DNA of 60,201 nucleotides from Deltaproteobacteria bacterium (GCA_030262895.1 JAJSZW010000004.1:1-60201), one strand, 5' to 3'. Positions 47,014 to 57,282 are shown, numbered from the stretch's first letter. Program-made: numbers and translations. The notes: generated by a model not told the origin, from the letters alone.

Positions 47014-48645
47014 CTAAAATATTTTTTCTTTATTGAAGTGCTTCTCCATAAAGTCTGCAAGATCTGACCTGTCATAAGTGATGTTTAATTTCGTTTTGAG
47101 GTGTATCAAATCGTCATGAAGTTCTTGTGCGCTTTGATATCTTAATTTTTTGTCTTTCTCCAGGCATTTCATCACAATGCTATTTAACTCGTCAGGGATA
47201 TCCGGTCTTAATTTTATTATAGGAGCTATCTCTTTTTCCGGAATGAACCTAATGGCTTCTATATCACTGCCAAATTGATATAATTTTTTTCCGGATAATA
47301 TTTCATAAAAGACAATACCCAACGCATATATGTCAGCTCTATGGTCGACAGATTGCCCCAATGCCTGTTCCGGAGACATGTAGGAAAGTTTACCTTTAAT
47401 GACACCAGCCAGAGTTAAACTTGGCTCAGATCTGGCTTTTGAGATTCCGAAATCGCTTATCTTGACCTCTCCTTGAAATGAAACAAGGATATTCTGAGGA
47501 CTAATATCTCGATGAACAATATTCAGAGGTTCTCCGGTCTTGTCGTCTAGTTTAGAATGCGAGTAGTGCAAACCTCTACTAATCTGTGAAACAAGAAAAA
47601 CTGACTGATTAACAGGGATGCCCTTTTTTGTCACCGCCGTGATTTCAGCCAGATTTTTGCCGCGGACATATTCCATAGCGATATAGTAAACATTCTGGAA
47701 CTTGCCAAAATCATTTATCTGAACAATGTTTGGGTGTTGCAATAATGCGGCTAGCCTGGCCTCTCGGATGAACATTTTAATAAACTCTGAATTCTCAATA
47801 AGATGAGGCAGTATTTTTTTTACGGCTACAATCCTTCGAAAACCATCATCGCGCACATAGTCTGCTATGAATAACTCGGCCATTCCTCCTTGCGCTATTT
47901 TCTTTTGCAATATATAAGGGCCGATCCGAGTCATACCTTCAGATTCTTTTTGAATCTTTAATGCTTTTGTCTTAGAAATACGATCTATCGCTGCCACGAT
48001 CGCTGAAAACAATAAAACACTAAAGACCATCGCATAGACAAAGAGCGCTTTGTATTTACTTGTGGAGCTGTATAGGTGGGTTGAAGAAAATACCAAATAC
48101 ACTTTGCCGATATTTATTCCGGAAAAGCTGACAATCGTTGAAAAGCTGACAATTTTTTCATTGTCAGGTAAAGACGTTGTTTCGATAGAAACCCCTTTAA
48201 TAGTATCTATATATCTTCCATTCTTTATGGGAATAGATGTTCCATTTATCATATCAGAATCCGTATGAGCCACCACCTTATTTTCATGATTCAGAATCGA
48301 TATGAATATCAAGTTATTACTATCTTTAACCTCGCCAATTGCCACATTCAGAGACAACATGTTCTTTTCTAAAAGAGACGGGCCGATATTAGCGGCAAGC
48401 TTCTGGGTTACCGACGATCCGTGTTGATAAAAATCATTATTCAGACGTGTTACACGGCTATTTAAAATTAAATAGCCGGTTACAGAGGCTATGAGCCAAA
48501 TGATAAGACATATAACTATGCTTTTTCTATTACGTCGAACAAATTCTATCTCAAGTAATTTACTAGTGGTCTTCCTGAAAATGTTCGTTGGGAATTCTTT
48601 TACCCATAACATGGTTGATGAGGCAATTTCGCGAACAGACGCCAT
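47014..48645 (-). CDS. Membrane Ser/Thr kinase with N-terminal periplasmic sensor
   Basis: TM-sensor-TM, then IAQGGMAELF, VAVKK, HRDISPQN, DFG, YMSPEQ. Confidence 0.92.
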   Translation of the reverse strand: MASVREIASSTMLWVKEFPTNIFRKTTSKLLEIEFVRRNRKSIVICLIIWLIASVTGYLILNSRVTRLNNDFYQHGSSVTQKLAANIGPSLLEKNMLSLNVAIGEVKDSNNLIFISILNHENKVVAHTDSDMINGTSIPIKNGRYIDTIKGVSIETTSLPDNEKIVSFSTIVSFSGINIGKVYLVFSSTHLYSSTSKYKALFVYAMVFSVLLFSAIVAAIDRISKTKALKIQKESEGMTRIGPYILQKKIAQGGMAELFIADYVRDDGFRRIVAVKKILPHLIENSEFIKMFIREARLAALLQHPNIVQINDFGKFQNVYYIAMEYVRGKNLAEITAVTKKGIPVNQSVFLVSQISRGLHYSHSKLDDKTGEPLNIVHRDISPQNILVSFQGEVKISDFGISKARSEPSLTLAGVIKGKLSYMSPEQALGQSVDHRADIYALGIVFYEILSGKKLYQFGSDIEAIRFIPEKEIAPIIKLRPDIPDELNSIVMKCLEKDKKLRYQSAQELHDDLIHLKTKLNITYDRSDLADFMEKHFNKEKIF

Positions 48646-48665
48646 AGAAACCTCTCTATCAAAGG

Positions 48666-49529
48666 CTAAACAGCCAGTTTTTTAATAATTTCTATGCACC
48701 GGACAATTACTTGACGTTTTAACCAACCCAAGTCTTTTCTTTTAGCGATTTCCGATAAAAAGATATCTTTAGATTTATCAGACCCTTCTGGCTTTAGTTC
48801 ACTATTTGTTGACCGGATAATTTTGAACCTGTTCAGGTTTATACAATTAAAAACTTCTTGGGAAAAAGGTTGGTTTGTTCCACACAGAGGGCATGCAATA
48901 CAGGTTATTTCCGCAAAAGCGCTCCTGCTGCGTGCTTGTGATATATAAGCAGCTCTTAACTTGCTAACTATAAACCTGAAATTTTTGTAATATAACACAA
49001 TTATCACAAACAACAATACAGTAAAACTCGAAAGCGTACCAAGACCAAAGAGCTTTTCAAATTTGTCAATTTCAGCGGCTGAAATGGCCAGATATATTTC
49101 GCCAATTTTTGTTCCCGCATAAGTCACATCTGAAGAAAAGTTGACAATCCTTTTGTAGTCGGATGAATCCCCTTCCCAAAAAGAAACTTGATCAACAGTA
49201 AGCGCCCCCTCCTTCTTTATAGACACTATCAGTTCAACATTGGTGTAAGCTATGACGTTGTTTTTATGATCAACAATAGCTGCATAAACTATATCCGAAC
49301 TACTGGTATAATCACTAAGCAATGCACTCAGAGTCGGCATGTCCAGTTCTAACAGAGGTAAACTGGCCCGACTGGAAAACACACCGGCCATTTCAACACC
49401 GGATTGACTGATAGCCTTCCTTATCCGGCTAATCTTACTTGTAGTAATCATATAGAAAACTGCAATACACATCCACCAGACCAAGAGACACAGGATTAAA
49501 CGGCTTCTGTTTTTCTGTACCAATTTCAT
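48666..49529 (-). CDS. Membrane sensor paralogous to the kinase ectodomain, with a CxxCPxC tail
   Basis: IVDHKNNVIAYT vs ILNHENKVVAHT; FSSDVTYAGTKIGEIYL vs FSTIVSFSGINIGKVYL; CIACPLCG. Confidence 0.75.
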   Translation of the reverse strand: MKLVQKNRSRLILCLLVWWMCIAVFYMITTSKISRIRKAISQSGVEMAGVFSSRASLPLLELDMPTLSALLSDYTSSSDIVYAAIVDHKNNVIAYTNVELIVSIKKEGALTVDQVSFWEGDSSDYKRIVNFSSDVTYAGTKIGEIYLAISAAEIDKFEKLFGLGTLSSFTVLLFVIIVLYYKNFRFIVSKLRAAYISQARSRSAFAEITCIACPLCGTNQPFSQEVFNCINLNRFKIIRSTNSELKPEGSDKSKDIFLSEIAKRKDLGWLKRQVIVRCIEIIKKLAV

Positions 49530-49702
49530 TTTAACGTGTCTTGTTCACTATAATATTCGCTAAATTTGTAGAAATCAGGTAATAGTTCAGCCACAAAGAC
49601 ACTAAGTCCTTTAATTAAAATTATTGTAATAATGAAAAATTGTCAAGTATCTTCTTTTCTTATGTATCATCAATGCAAGGAATGAGACGAAAACCATTCT
49701 TC

Positions 49703-49731
49703 TTGATTTTTTATTTTTATATTATTATAAT
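49703..49731 (+). promoter_or_regulatory. Putative sigma70 promoter of the divergent operon
   Basis: TTGATT-N17-TATAAT; an opposite-facing TTGACA lies at 49641-49646. Confidence 0.6.
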
Positions 49732-49802
49732 ATTTAAATGAAAACTCCATGAATTTCGGTCTTCCTGTTTTTAGAAAAATATATTTTCACTGAAGTTAAT
49801 CT

Positions 49803-50816
49803 ATGAGAAACCAGGTATCTAACGGACTTAAATATTTGGCAATCACTCTGCTTATAATTGGAGGAGGGTTCTTTTTTTCATCCTGTACCACATTTAGCAT
49901 TGATAGAAAATCCATGCTTTTTCGATCGGAAGAATATGTTGTTTACAGACTTAAAAAGAGAAAAACACCTACTATGCTGGCTGAAATGTTTTTGGGGGAT
50001 AAAAAAAGGTCGTGGGTGATAGAAGACGCTAACGAGAACGCTGCTTTTAAAAAAGGCGAGGTCATTGTTATTCCTCTCAAAGAGAAAAATAAGGGGGGGC
50101 TTACAGTTGACGGATTCCAGGTGGTGCCTATTCTTTCATATCATCGTTTTGCTGATAATTGCGACTCTCCCCTTTGCCTGCCTGCCCGTGTTTTTGATCA
50201 ACAGATGAAGTATTTGAAAGACAATGGTTATAGAGTCATCACCTTGGCAGAACTTTATGAATTTTTAAAATATCGCAATTCCCTTCCAAAAAGGTCTGTG
50301 GTTATTAGCATAGATGACGGCTATAGATCGGTTTATAATATTGCCTGGCCTATTCTGAAAAAATATGACTTCAGAGCAACCTTCTTCATATATACCGATT
50401 TTGTTGGTATCTCAAAAAACGCCATAACATGGGATCAACTCAGAGAGATGAAGAAAAGTGGTTTTGAGATAGGCGCTCACACGATGTCTCACTGCGATCT
50501 TACCAGACAAAATAAAGGAGAAGATACTCAGGCGTATATGTCCAGGATCGAAAAGGAACTTAGTATGTCAAAACAGATCATTGATAAAAAGCTGAACCAG
50601 AATACTGTTTTTTTAGCTTTTCCCTATGGACGTTATGATCAGGGGGTATTGGATATGTGTAAACGCTTAGGTTATAAAATCGCAGTATCTGTGAAAAGAG
50701 GGAGTAACCCATTTTTTACTGATCCTCTTGCTCTGAGGAGAAACCAGATATTGAAAAGAGATATAAAGAGTTTTATTTCCAGACTCAAAACCTTTAATAA
50801 ACTTTTATTAGAGTAA
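49803..50816 (+). CDS. Polysaccharide deacetylase (CE4/NodB) lipoprotein
   Basis: Lipobox FSSC, PILSYHRF, SIDDGY, AHTMSH, AFPYG. Confidence 0.9.
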   Translation: MRNQVSNGLKYLAITLLIIGGGFFFSSCTTFSIDRKSMLFRSEEYVVYRLKKRKTPTMLAEMFLGDKKRSWVIEDANENAAFKKGEVIVIPLKEKNKGGLTVDGFQVVPILSYHRFADNCDSPLCLPARVFDQQMKYLKDNGYRVITLAELYEFLKYRNSLPKRSVVISIDDGYRSVYNIAWPILKKYDFRATFFIYTDFVGISKNAITWDQLREMKKSGFEIGAHTMSHCDLTRQNKGEDTQAYMSRIEKELSMSKQIIDKKLNQNTVFLAFPYGRYDQGVLDMCKRLGYKIAVSVKRGSNPFFTDPLALRRNQILKRDIKSFISRLKTFNKLLLE

Positions 50817-50823
50817 CAGCATC

Positions 50824-52056
50824 ATGAAAAAAAATATAGCGCTTATCTGTATTGTCATTCTATTAACAATGGTCAGCGGCTGTGCCGAACATTTTAAAAG
50901 GTTCTCCCAAAAAATCGCTGAACACAGGAAGGAAAAATTACTTCAGTCATATCTGCAAACCGGCAAAGAGTATGAAAACAAAGGAAAGCTGGCAGAGGCA
51001 TATAAACAGTATAAACTGGCCATTACTGTAAGCCCTCAAAACAAGGAAGCTGTTAAGGGCATTGACCGACTGGAAAAAGAGTTGTTCAAATGGGCAGAAA
51101 AATATTATCGGGAAGGCATGAAATTGTATAATCAGGGGAAATATCGCCCGGCCCGTCGTAAATTTTTAACAGCTTTGAAATTTTGGCCGGATCATTCCAA
51201 AGCACTTAAAATGCTTACCCCTCGCAAACACGTCAAATATAAAAAGTATATTGAGCATATAATCAAACCGAGTGAAAGCCTTTCAAAGATAGCGATGATT
51301 TATTATGGGGATTATCGCAAGTTTCCTGTTATAGCTGAATACAATAACATAGCCGATGCCACATTGACACATGTCGGGCAGAAAATCAGAGTCCCTGAAA
51401 TAGAGGGGACGCCATTTTTAACAGAAAAGCAGGCTATCAAGACTGAAGAAATAAAGACCCCTGATTCGGCCCCTCTTGATCGAAAGATCAAAAAAGTGGA
51501 GGTGAAAGAGAAGGAAGAGCCAGTAGATAAAGAAGTAAAAGAAGAATTTGAAGAGCCTGTAGATGAGGAGATAGAAGAAGAACTTGAAGAGCCTGTAGAT
51601 GAGGTGGAAATCTATAGAGATCAGGGCGTCGAATTCTTTAACAAGATGAAATACCAGGAAGCTATTGCTGAATTCAACAAGGTTATGAATGTAAATCCCG
51701 ATGATGCAATTACCCTTGAATACCTTGCCGGGTCGCACTTTCAATGGGCCATGGGCTTGTTTGAAAAAAAGGATTACTTGAAAGCAAAAAAGGAGTTTGA
51801 AGTATCTCTCCAATACAATAAGAACTGCCCAAAATGCCGGGAATACATCAAAAAAAGTGAAGAAACATACATGGAAATCCATTACAAACGGGGTGTAGCA
51901 CACTTTGGAAAAGAACAATTGGTTGAGGCCATTATGGAGTGGGAACTGGTCCGGGCTGTTGATTCCAACTATAAAGAGGTAGCAAACAATATCAAAAAGG
52001 CAAAAATTCTTTTGAAAAGACTGGAGGAAATAAAAAAGTCTCAGAAGGCCAAATGA
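50824..52056 (+). CDS. TPR + LysM lipoprotein
   Basis: Lipobox VSGC, TPR-like helices, LysM HIIKPSESLSKIAMIYYG...VGQKIRVP. Confidence 0.85.
   Translation: MKKNIALICIVILLTMVSGCAEHFKRFSQKIAEHRKEKLLQSYLQTGKEYENKGKLAEAYKQYKLAITVSPQNKEAVKGIDRLEKELFKWAEKYYREGMKLYNQGKYRPARRKFLTALKFWPDHSKALKMLTPRKHVKYKKYIEHIIKPSESLSKIAMIYYGDYRKFPVIAEYNNIADATLTHVGQKIRVPEIEGTPFLTEKQAIKTEEIKTPDSAPLDRKIKKVEVKEKEEPVDKEVKEEFEEPVDEEIEEELEEPVDEVEIYRDQGVEFFNKMKYQEAIAEFNKVMNVNPDDAITLEYLAGSHFQWAMGLFEKKDYLKAKKEFEVSLQYNKNCPKCREYIKKSEETYMEIHYKRGVAHFGKEQLVEAIMEWELVRAVDSNYKEVANNIKKAKILLKRLEEIKKSQKAK
51514..51604 (+). repeat. Intragenic 36-bp tandem repeat (about 2.5 units)
   Basis: GAAGAGCCWGTAGAT at 51514, 51550 and 51586, encoding EEPVD.E..EE. 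Confidence 0.85.
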
Positions 52057-52130
52057 CAGGCAGCAAACCAGACTATCAATTAACCATGAAAATCCTATGA
52101 AACCGGAATATATACTTTGCAGCACATAAT

Positions 52131-53048
52131 ATGAAAACGCCCATTATTGTTGTCCAACTGGTTCATATCTATGGACCTTTGAAAGGTGAAATTCAGGAGT
52201 TTTCTGAATCAATGATCTTGATTGGCCGCCATCCTTCTTGCCATGTGCTATTCCCGAAAGACGTTGCAATCGTCTCTCGAAGACATGCACAAATCGTCAG
52301 AGAAGGGAATCGTTTTAAGTTAATTGACCAGAGCGCCAACGGGACATTTGTGAACGGAAAAAGAGTAAAAGAAGCATATCTAAAAGATGGAGATGTTTTG
52401 ATTTTTGCTGAAGGCGGGCCCAAGGTGAGTTTTTTGACCAAGATAGTGGAACGTCAACATGAAATCAAAGACATCCCTTTGCCAGGCTCACCGCAAGAAC
52501 CGGAAATGGCTGAGGTTGAGGCGCCATCTATTGCTCAGGCTCAATCCGAATCGAACCTGGCAGAAGGGATTTCCATACAGGAGGTTCATGTCCCGCTTGT
52601 CATTCAATTCGGTCCTACCATACACTCTTTTAAAAAACTTCCTGTGACCATCGGAAAAAATCCGAACTGTGATTTGAGCATGAACCACCCAGCAGTCCTT
52701 GATCGTCATGCCCAGTTTTTTTTCAGTCAGGATCAATACTGGATAAAGGATCTCACTGGACAGATGTTGATATCGATCAATGGGCAGCCTGTTAATTTTC
52801 AGAGTCCTTTAACTCCTGAAGACCTTCTGGCATTAACTCTTCAGGGACCAACTTTTCGATTTCTGAATGGTGGGCGTTTAGCGGAAATTGAAAAATCCGA
52901 TTCTGAAGAACGCATAACCGCGCCCCATGAAAAAGAAGAGGCATGTCTGCCGGACAAGCATCAAGAAGGATGCATCAAAAAGGCCATGTCTATAATGAAT
53001 AAGTTGTTAAGTCTCATCGTGAATTTGTGGAAAAATCCTCAGCCTTGA
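52131..53048 (+). CDS. Tandem FHA-domain protein
   Basis: FHA1 IGRHP..VSRRHA..DQSANGTFVNG; degenerate FHA2 IGKNP..LDRHA..ING. Confidence 0.88.
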   Translation: MKTPIIVVQLVHIYGPLKGEIQEFSESMILIGRHPSCHVLFPKDVAIVSRRHAQIVREGNRFKLIDQSANGTFVNGKRVKEAYLKDGDVLIFAEGGPKVSFLTKIVERQHEIKDIPLPGSPQEPEMAEVEAPSIAQAQSESNLAEGISIQEVHVPLVIQFGPTIHSFKKLPVTIGKNPNCDLSMNHPAVLDRHAQFFFSQDQYWIKDLTGQMLISINGQPVNFQSPLTPEDLLALTLQGPTFRFLNGGRLAEIEKSDSEERITAPHEKEEACLPDKHQEGCIKKAMSIMNKLLSLIVNLWKNPQP

Positions 53049-53068
53049 CTCTACTTTAATGTTTGAGT

Positions 53069-53128
53069 ACAGTTCATGGTTGTCGGTTTACAGTTTACAG
53101 TTTTATGTTTTGATCAACCGTGAACTGT
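53069..53128. repeat. Inverted repeat with internal heptamers (possible terminator or stabiliser)
   Basis: ACAGTTCATGGTTG / CAACCGTGAACTGT with TTTACAG x2 inside. Confidence 0.55.
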
Positions 53129-53157
53129 TACATATTAGACTTATGTGATGCAAAAAT

Positions 53158-53883
53158 ATGCCTGAAATAAACTTTGTCGGCAAATCGGATAGCGGTCTTA
53201 AACGCAGAAATAACGAGGATCGCTTTATGGTAAGGAGCGAACTCGGCTTTTGTCTCGTGGCTGACGGCATGGGTGGCGCTGCGGCTGGAGAAATAGCCAG
53301 TCGTATCTTTGCTGAAACTACATTAGAGATTTTTTCAACCTCTGCCGGCAGATCTGAAAAAGATACAATCGAATTGGTCCAAAGGGCTTTTAACTTTGCT
53401 AATGAAAGAATCTTGAGTCATGTAAAGAAAAATCCTCATCACAAGGGAATGGGATGTACAGCAGAACTGATGGCCTTTTCCGATAAGGGCTTTGTTATCG
53501 GTCACATAGGAGACAGCCGAACTTATTGTTTAAGAGATGGACAACTCAAACAACTGACTCAGGATCACTCACTTGTCCAGAATCAGATAGACCAGCGTCT
53601 GATTACTCCGGCCGAAGCCAGAAACCATCCTCTTCGAAACGTCATTCTTCGGGCAGTCGGTATCAAAAAAAAATTAGCTCTTGATTTGATAAGGGGAATT
53701 ATGTTTTCCGGCGATCTGTTTCTTCTATGCTCAGACGGCCTTTCGGATATGGTCGATGATAACCAGATCCGGAATATCCTCTTTTCTACAGCCCCTTTGC
53801 TTCAAAAAGTAGAAAAACTCATTGAATCAGCTAACGCGGCCGGAGGTTACGACAATATTACCGTTGTTCTTGCAGACATTTAG
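53158..53883 (+). CDS. PP2C-family Ser/Thr phosphatase (PppA/Stp1-like)
   Basis: RRNNED, VADGMGG, HIGDSR, LTQDHS, LCSDGL, GGYDNIT. Confidence 0.94.
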   Translation: MPEINFVGKSDSGLKRRNNEDRFMVRSELGFCLVADGMGGAAAGEIASRIFAETTLEIFSTSAGRSEKDTIELVQRAFNFANERILSHVKKNPHHKGMGCTAELMAFSDKGFVIGHIGDSRTYCLRDGQLKQLTQDHSLVQNQIDQRLITPAEARNHPLRNVILRAVGIKKKLALDLIRGIMFSGDLFLLCSDGLSDMVDDNQIRNILFSTAPLLQKVEKLIESANAAGGYDNITVVLADI

Positions 53884-53884
53884 A

Positions 53885-53990
53885 TATAGACTTTCAGATA
53901 ATTAATTTCACAAGGCCAGAAGGAGGAAGGCGTATTAGTTATACGTCGACGACTGATAACACAGTGAAATTATTTATCTGAAAGTCTATA
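53885..53990. mobile_element. Palindromic MITE-like element (106 bp)
   Basis: 27-bp TIR TATAGACTTTCAGATAAWTAATTTCAC with 1 mismatch; TATA termini. Confidence 0.78.
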
Positions 53991-54025
53991 CGTGGCTCCC
54001 AGGAACTTACAGCCCTTACCCTCCC

Positions 54026-56305
54026 ATGGAACTATTAAGCGAACTTAAAAAATATTTTAATCTCTCCTCATTCCGCCCCGGCCAGGAAGAAGTGGTTAGA
54101 ACGGTTCTGGAGGGGAGAGATGCCCTGGTGGTCATGCCAACCGGAGGAGGAAAATCGCTGTGCTACCAGCTCCCTGCCTTAATCCGTGAGGGAACGGCGC
54201 TTGTGGTTTCTCCCCTTATCGCTTTGATGAAGGATCAGGTGGATGTCCTTCAAAAAAGAGGGATTGCCGCATCATTCATCAATTCTACCCTTTCCCTGGT
54301 GGAACAAAGACAGGTACTTAAAAGACTTGAGGCAGGAGAGTTAAAGCTTTTGTATGTCGCTCCGGAACGGTTTCGCCAGAAGGAGTTTCTACATACCCTT
54401 TCCCGCTCCAGGATCAGTTTTGTGGCGATAGATGAAGCCCATTGTATTTCCCAGTGGGGACACGACTTTCGCCCCGATTACCTGCGGCTTGGAAGAATCC
54501 TGGAAAGTATAGGACAAAATCAGATCCTCGGAGCTACTGCCACTGCCACTGAATCCGTCATATCCGATATCATATCTTCCCTTCATCTTAAAAATTGCCG
54601 ACAGTTTGTAACAGGATTTTATCGAAACAACCTGCAGTTGAGAGTGCTTCACTGTGCAAATAAAAAAGATAAGCAAGGCGCCCTTATGTCCGCTCTTACT
54701 GAAGAAAAGCTTCCCGCAATTGTATATTGCGCCACGAGAAAAGGCGTGGATGAAGTAGTAACCCTGTTGAAAGATCAAGGGCATCCTGCATCAGGATACC
54801 ATGCCGGCATGGACGATGAAACACGAAGTCGTGTGCAGGAACGATTCATGACAGGACGCAGCGAAATAATTGTGGCAACCAATGCCTTTGGGATGGGAAT
54901 TGATAAATTAGACATACGTCAGGTCATCCATTACCAGTTTCCCGGTTCTATAGAATCGTATTATCAGGAGATAGGAAGAGCGGGAAGAGATGGAAAAAAA
55001 TCAATATGCTCGCTCCTTTTTTCTATGGGGGATAACTATATCCAGGAATTCTTTATTGACATGAACTACCCTTCGCAGGAAGCAGTCCATGATGTTTTTG
55101 AGTTTTTAAAGAGTGATGGGAGGGATTATCTGAGCGTTAGAAATAATGAAATTTCTGAAATGACCAGCTCCGTCCAGAGCGACGGACAGGCAGGGATCAT
55201 CATAAAAATGCTGGAACAGGCCGGTTATCTGGAAAGGCTATATTCGGGGAGGCGGCTCTGTTTTGTTGCGGCCGGCATAGGAAAACCAAGAGGACCTGTC
55301 CGAAAAAAGATATTTGACGCTGTGTCAAGAATTGCAGGATCTAAAGGAAAAAAAGTTTCAATTGACATCCTGGCAAAGACCGCCGGTATCGAAAAACCAG
55401 CGCTTCTTAGAGGCCTTAGAGCACTTTCAGCAGACGGATTGATTACATACATACCTCCAACCGCCGGTCGCGACATCAAAATAGTACGGCCCCAGACAAC
55501 CTTTAAGGAGTTGAAAATAGATTTTGAGCTCCTTGAGAAAAGAAAAGAGAATGATCTGGAAAAACTCAAAGAAGTGGTAGCTTACGGGTATTTTGGAGGG
55601 TGCAGATGGGATTTTCTCCTTTCTTATTTTGGGGACGACAGTGCGACAGACCAGTGCGGGTCCTGCGACATGTGCATTCAAAGAAAACTAAAAAGGACAG
55701 ATACGAACAAAAAAGAAGAGGAAACAACAATCCTTAAAATATTGAGCTGTGTGGCGCGCATGCAGGGCCGGTTTGGCCGGGCACGTGTTGCCCAGGTACT
55801 TACCGGCGCTTCAAGAAAATGGATAACCTCACAGGGAATGAATCGACTCTCCACTTATGGCTTGTTGTCCAATTTCACCCAGGAAGAGGTTATTGATCTT
55901 ATTAACCAGTTAGATCGGCAGGGATGTTTTGTTCGCCAGGGGGATCGACTTTATCCGACTATAACCCTGAGTGAAAAAGGGCTTGCGGTGATGAAAAAAG
56001 AGGAGGATGCGTTTCTGAATCTGCCGGAAATCAAAAAACCGGTCAGGACTTTTGCAGAGGTAGCTACTGATTTTTCTCCGGAACTCTATGAGCTATTGCG
56101 TCAAAAAAGAGAAAAATTCGGAACCACAGCAGGACTTCCCTTGTTTATGATAGTCTCAAACCGGACACTGAAAGAGATGGCAGCGTCAGTACCAAAAAAC
56201 ATGACGGAACTTCTCCAGGTACACGGAATCGGACCAGCAAAAATGGAAAAATATGGACAAGATTTTTTAGACGTGATTTTGGAATATTGTGATAAATCAA
56301 GTTAG
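54026..56305 (+). CDS. recQ: RecQ-family DNA helicase
   Basis: MPTGGGKSLCYQ, DEAH.ISQWGHDFRP, QEIGRAGRDG, Zn/RQC and C-terminal HRDC. Confidence 0.93.
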   Translation: MELLSELKKYFNLSSFRPGQEEVVRTVLEGRDALVVMPTGGGKSLCYQLPALIREGTALVVSPLIALMKDQVDVLQKRGIAASFINSTLSLVEQRQVLKRLEAGELKLLYVAPERFRQKEFLHTLSRSRISFVAIDEAHCISQWGHDFRPDYLRLGRILESIGQNQILGATATATESVISDIISSLHLKNCRQFVTGFYRNNLQLRVLHCANKKDKQGALMSALTEEKLPAIVYCATRKGVDEVVTLLKDQGHPASGYHAGMDDETRSRVQERFMTGRSEIIVATNAFGMGIDKLDIRQVIHYQFPGSIESYYQEIGRAGRDGKKSICSLLFSMGDNYIQEFFIDMNYPSQEAVHDVFEFLKSDGRDYLSVRNNEISEMTSSVQSDGQAGIIIKMLEQAGYLERLYSGRRLCFVAAGIGKPRGPVRKKIFDAVSRIAGSKGKKVSIDILAKTAGIEKPALLRGLRALSADGLITYIPPTAGRDIKIVRPQTTFKELKIDFELLEKRKENDLEKLKEVVAYGYFGGCRWDFLLSYFGDDSATDQCGSCDMCIQRKLKRTDTNKKEEETTILKILSCVARMQGRFGRARVAQVLTGASRKWITSQGMNRLSTYGLLSNFTQEEVIDLINQLDRQGCFVRQGDRLYPTITLSEKGLAVMKKEEDAFLNLPEIKKPVRTFAEVATDFSPELYELLRQKREKFGTTAGLPLFMIVSNRTLKEMAASVPKNMTELLQVHGIGPAKMEKYGQDFLDVILEYCDKSS

Positions 56306-56655
56306 TGCATCTTCGGTGCGGACATGAGTGCCTAAAGTTAAGGAATTCCGAAGAGGGGATTGGCACGGAAAATAAGCAGAAAGTAGCTGTGCGGATACTG
56401 ACGAATAGAGTGCCCCCTGTCCTCAGAACGCCTGAGCGGAAACCAGGTGCGGAAAATGCAGGACAAACGTATTCTCGGAACTGTTGGAAGCACCTTGCTG
56501 ATCGCAAAAAGATCATAAGGAAGCCGAGTTCAAACCCTTGAATTCATCAACATTAAACATTGCCCTCTATTATGAAATTGACTGAATGGGAAGCACGAGA
56601 AGCCGAGAGGTCAGATAACTCTGGTATAACAGTAAGGAAAATGAACAGTTACGGC

Positions 56656-57270
56656 TCAATAGCTCCTTCGAATGATACCGACAAATTTGCCGACAATCCT
56701 GATCCGGCCCCGGTGCCACCCGCTAAAAACCATGGGAGGATAAGCACTGTTAGCCGAATGTAATTCCATAGTACCTTTTGTTTTCCGCAAAATTTTGAGA
56801 GTTGCTTCATGTAGAATGTTTCTAACTATAACGGCAACTATCTGCCCGCTTTCCGCTTGATTCTGTGGACGAATAATGGCCAGGTCCCCATCAGCGATAT
56901 GGGCATCGATCATGGAATCACCCTGAACACGAAAAGCAAAGCAAGTTTTGGAGCCAAAAATCGACGGGTCAATCGGCAACTCATCTTCCCGATTTTCCAG
57001 CGCCATAATGGGAGTGCCTGCAGCGATTCTGCCGATTATCGGGATGGTTTTTCCAACAGGCCCGCCAGGAATACGCCATGACCTTTTCTTGCCGGCAGGA
57101 GCAATAAGATACCCTTTTTCAACCAGAACATGTAGAATGCGATGGATACCTGCCGGTCCTTTTAAACCAAAATGACTGCATATCTCGCGTATCGTAGGCG
57201 TAATACCGAGTTTTTCCTGATATGAACGGATATAATATAATACTTCCGCCTGCCTTTGAGTGAGCTCCAA
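56656..57270 (-). CDS. lexA: LexA-family SOS repressor
   Basis: LTQRQ..PTIREI wHTH, Ala-Gly cleavage site IAAGTP, catalytic GDSM and ATLK; TTG start after GGAGG. Confidence 0.9.
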   Translation of the reverse strand: MELTQRQAEVLYYIRSYQEKLGITPTIREICSHFGLKGPAGIHRILHVLVEKGYLIAPAGKKRSWRIPGGPVGKTIPIIGRIAAGTPIMALENREDELPIDPSIFGSKTCFAFRVQGDSMIDAHIADGDLAIIRPQNQAESGQIVAVIVRNILHEATLKILRKTKGTMELHSANSAYPPMVFSGWHRGRIRIVGKFVGIIRRSY

Positions 57271-57282
57271 AATATAACCCTC

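Noticed and set aside
51418-52125. 235-aa Phe/Leu-rich antisense ORF
   Set aside because: Mirror of the Glu/Lys-rich TPR-LysM gene; no independent coding evidence.
13704-53990. T6SS as a composite transposon or ICE bounded by the two MITEs
   Set aside because: The TIR sequences differ, there is no shared target duplication, and no integrase or conjugation genes for the block.
56305-56655. Possible imuA remnant or small ORFs between recQ and lexA
   Set aside because: The translations I checked show no recognisable ImuA/RecA-like motif.
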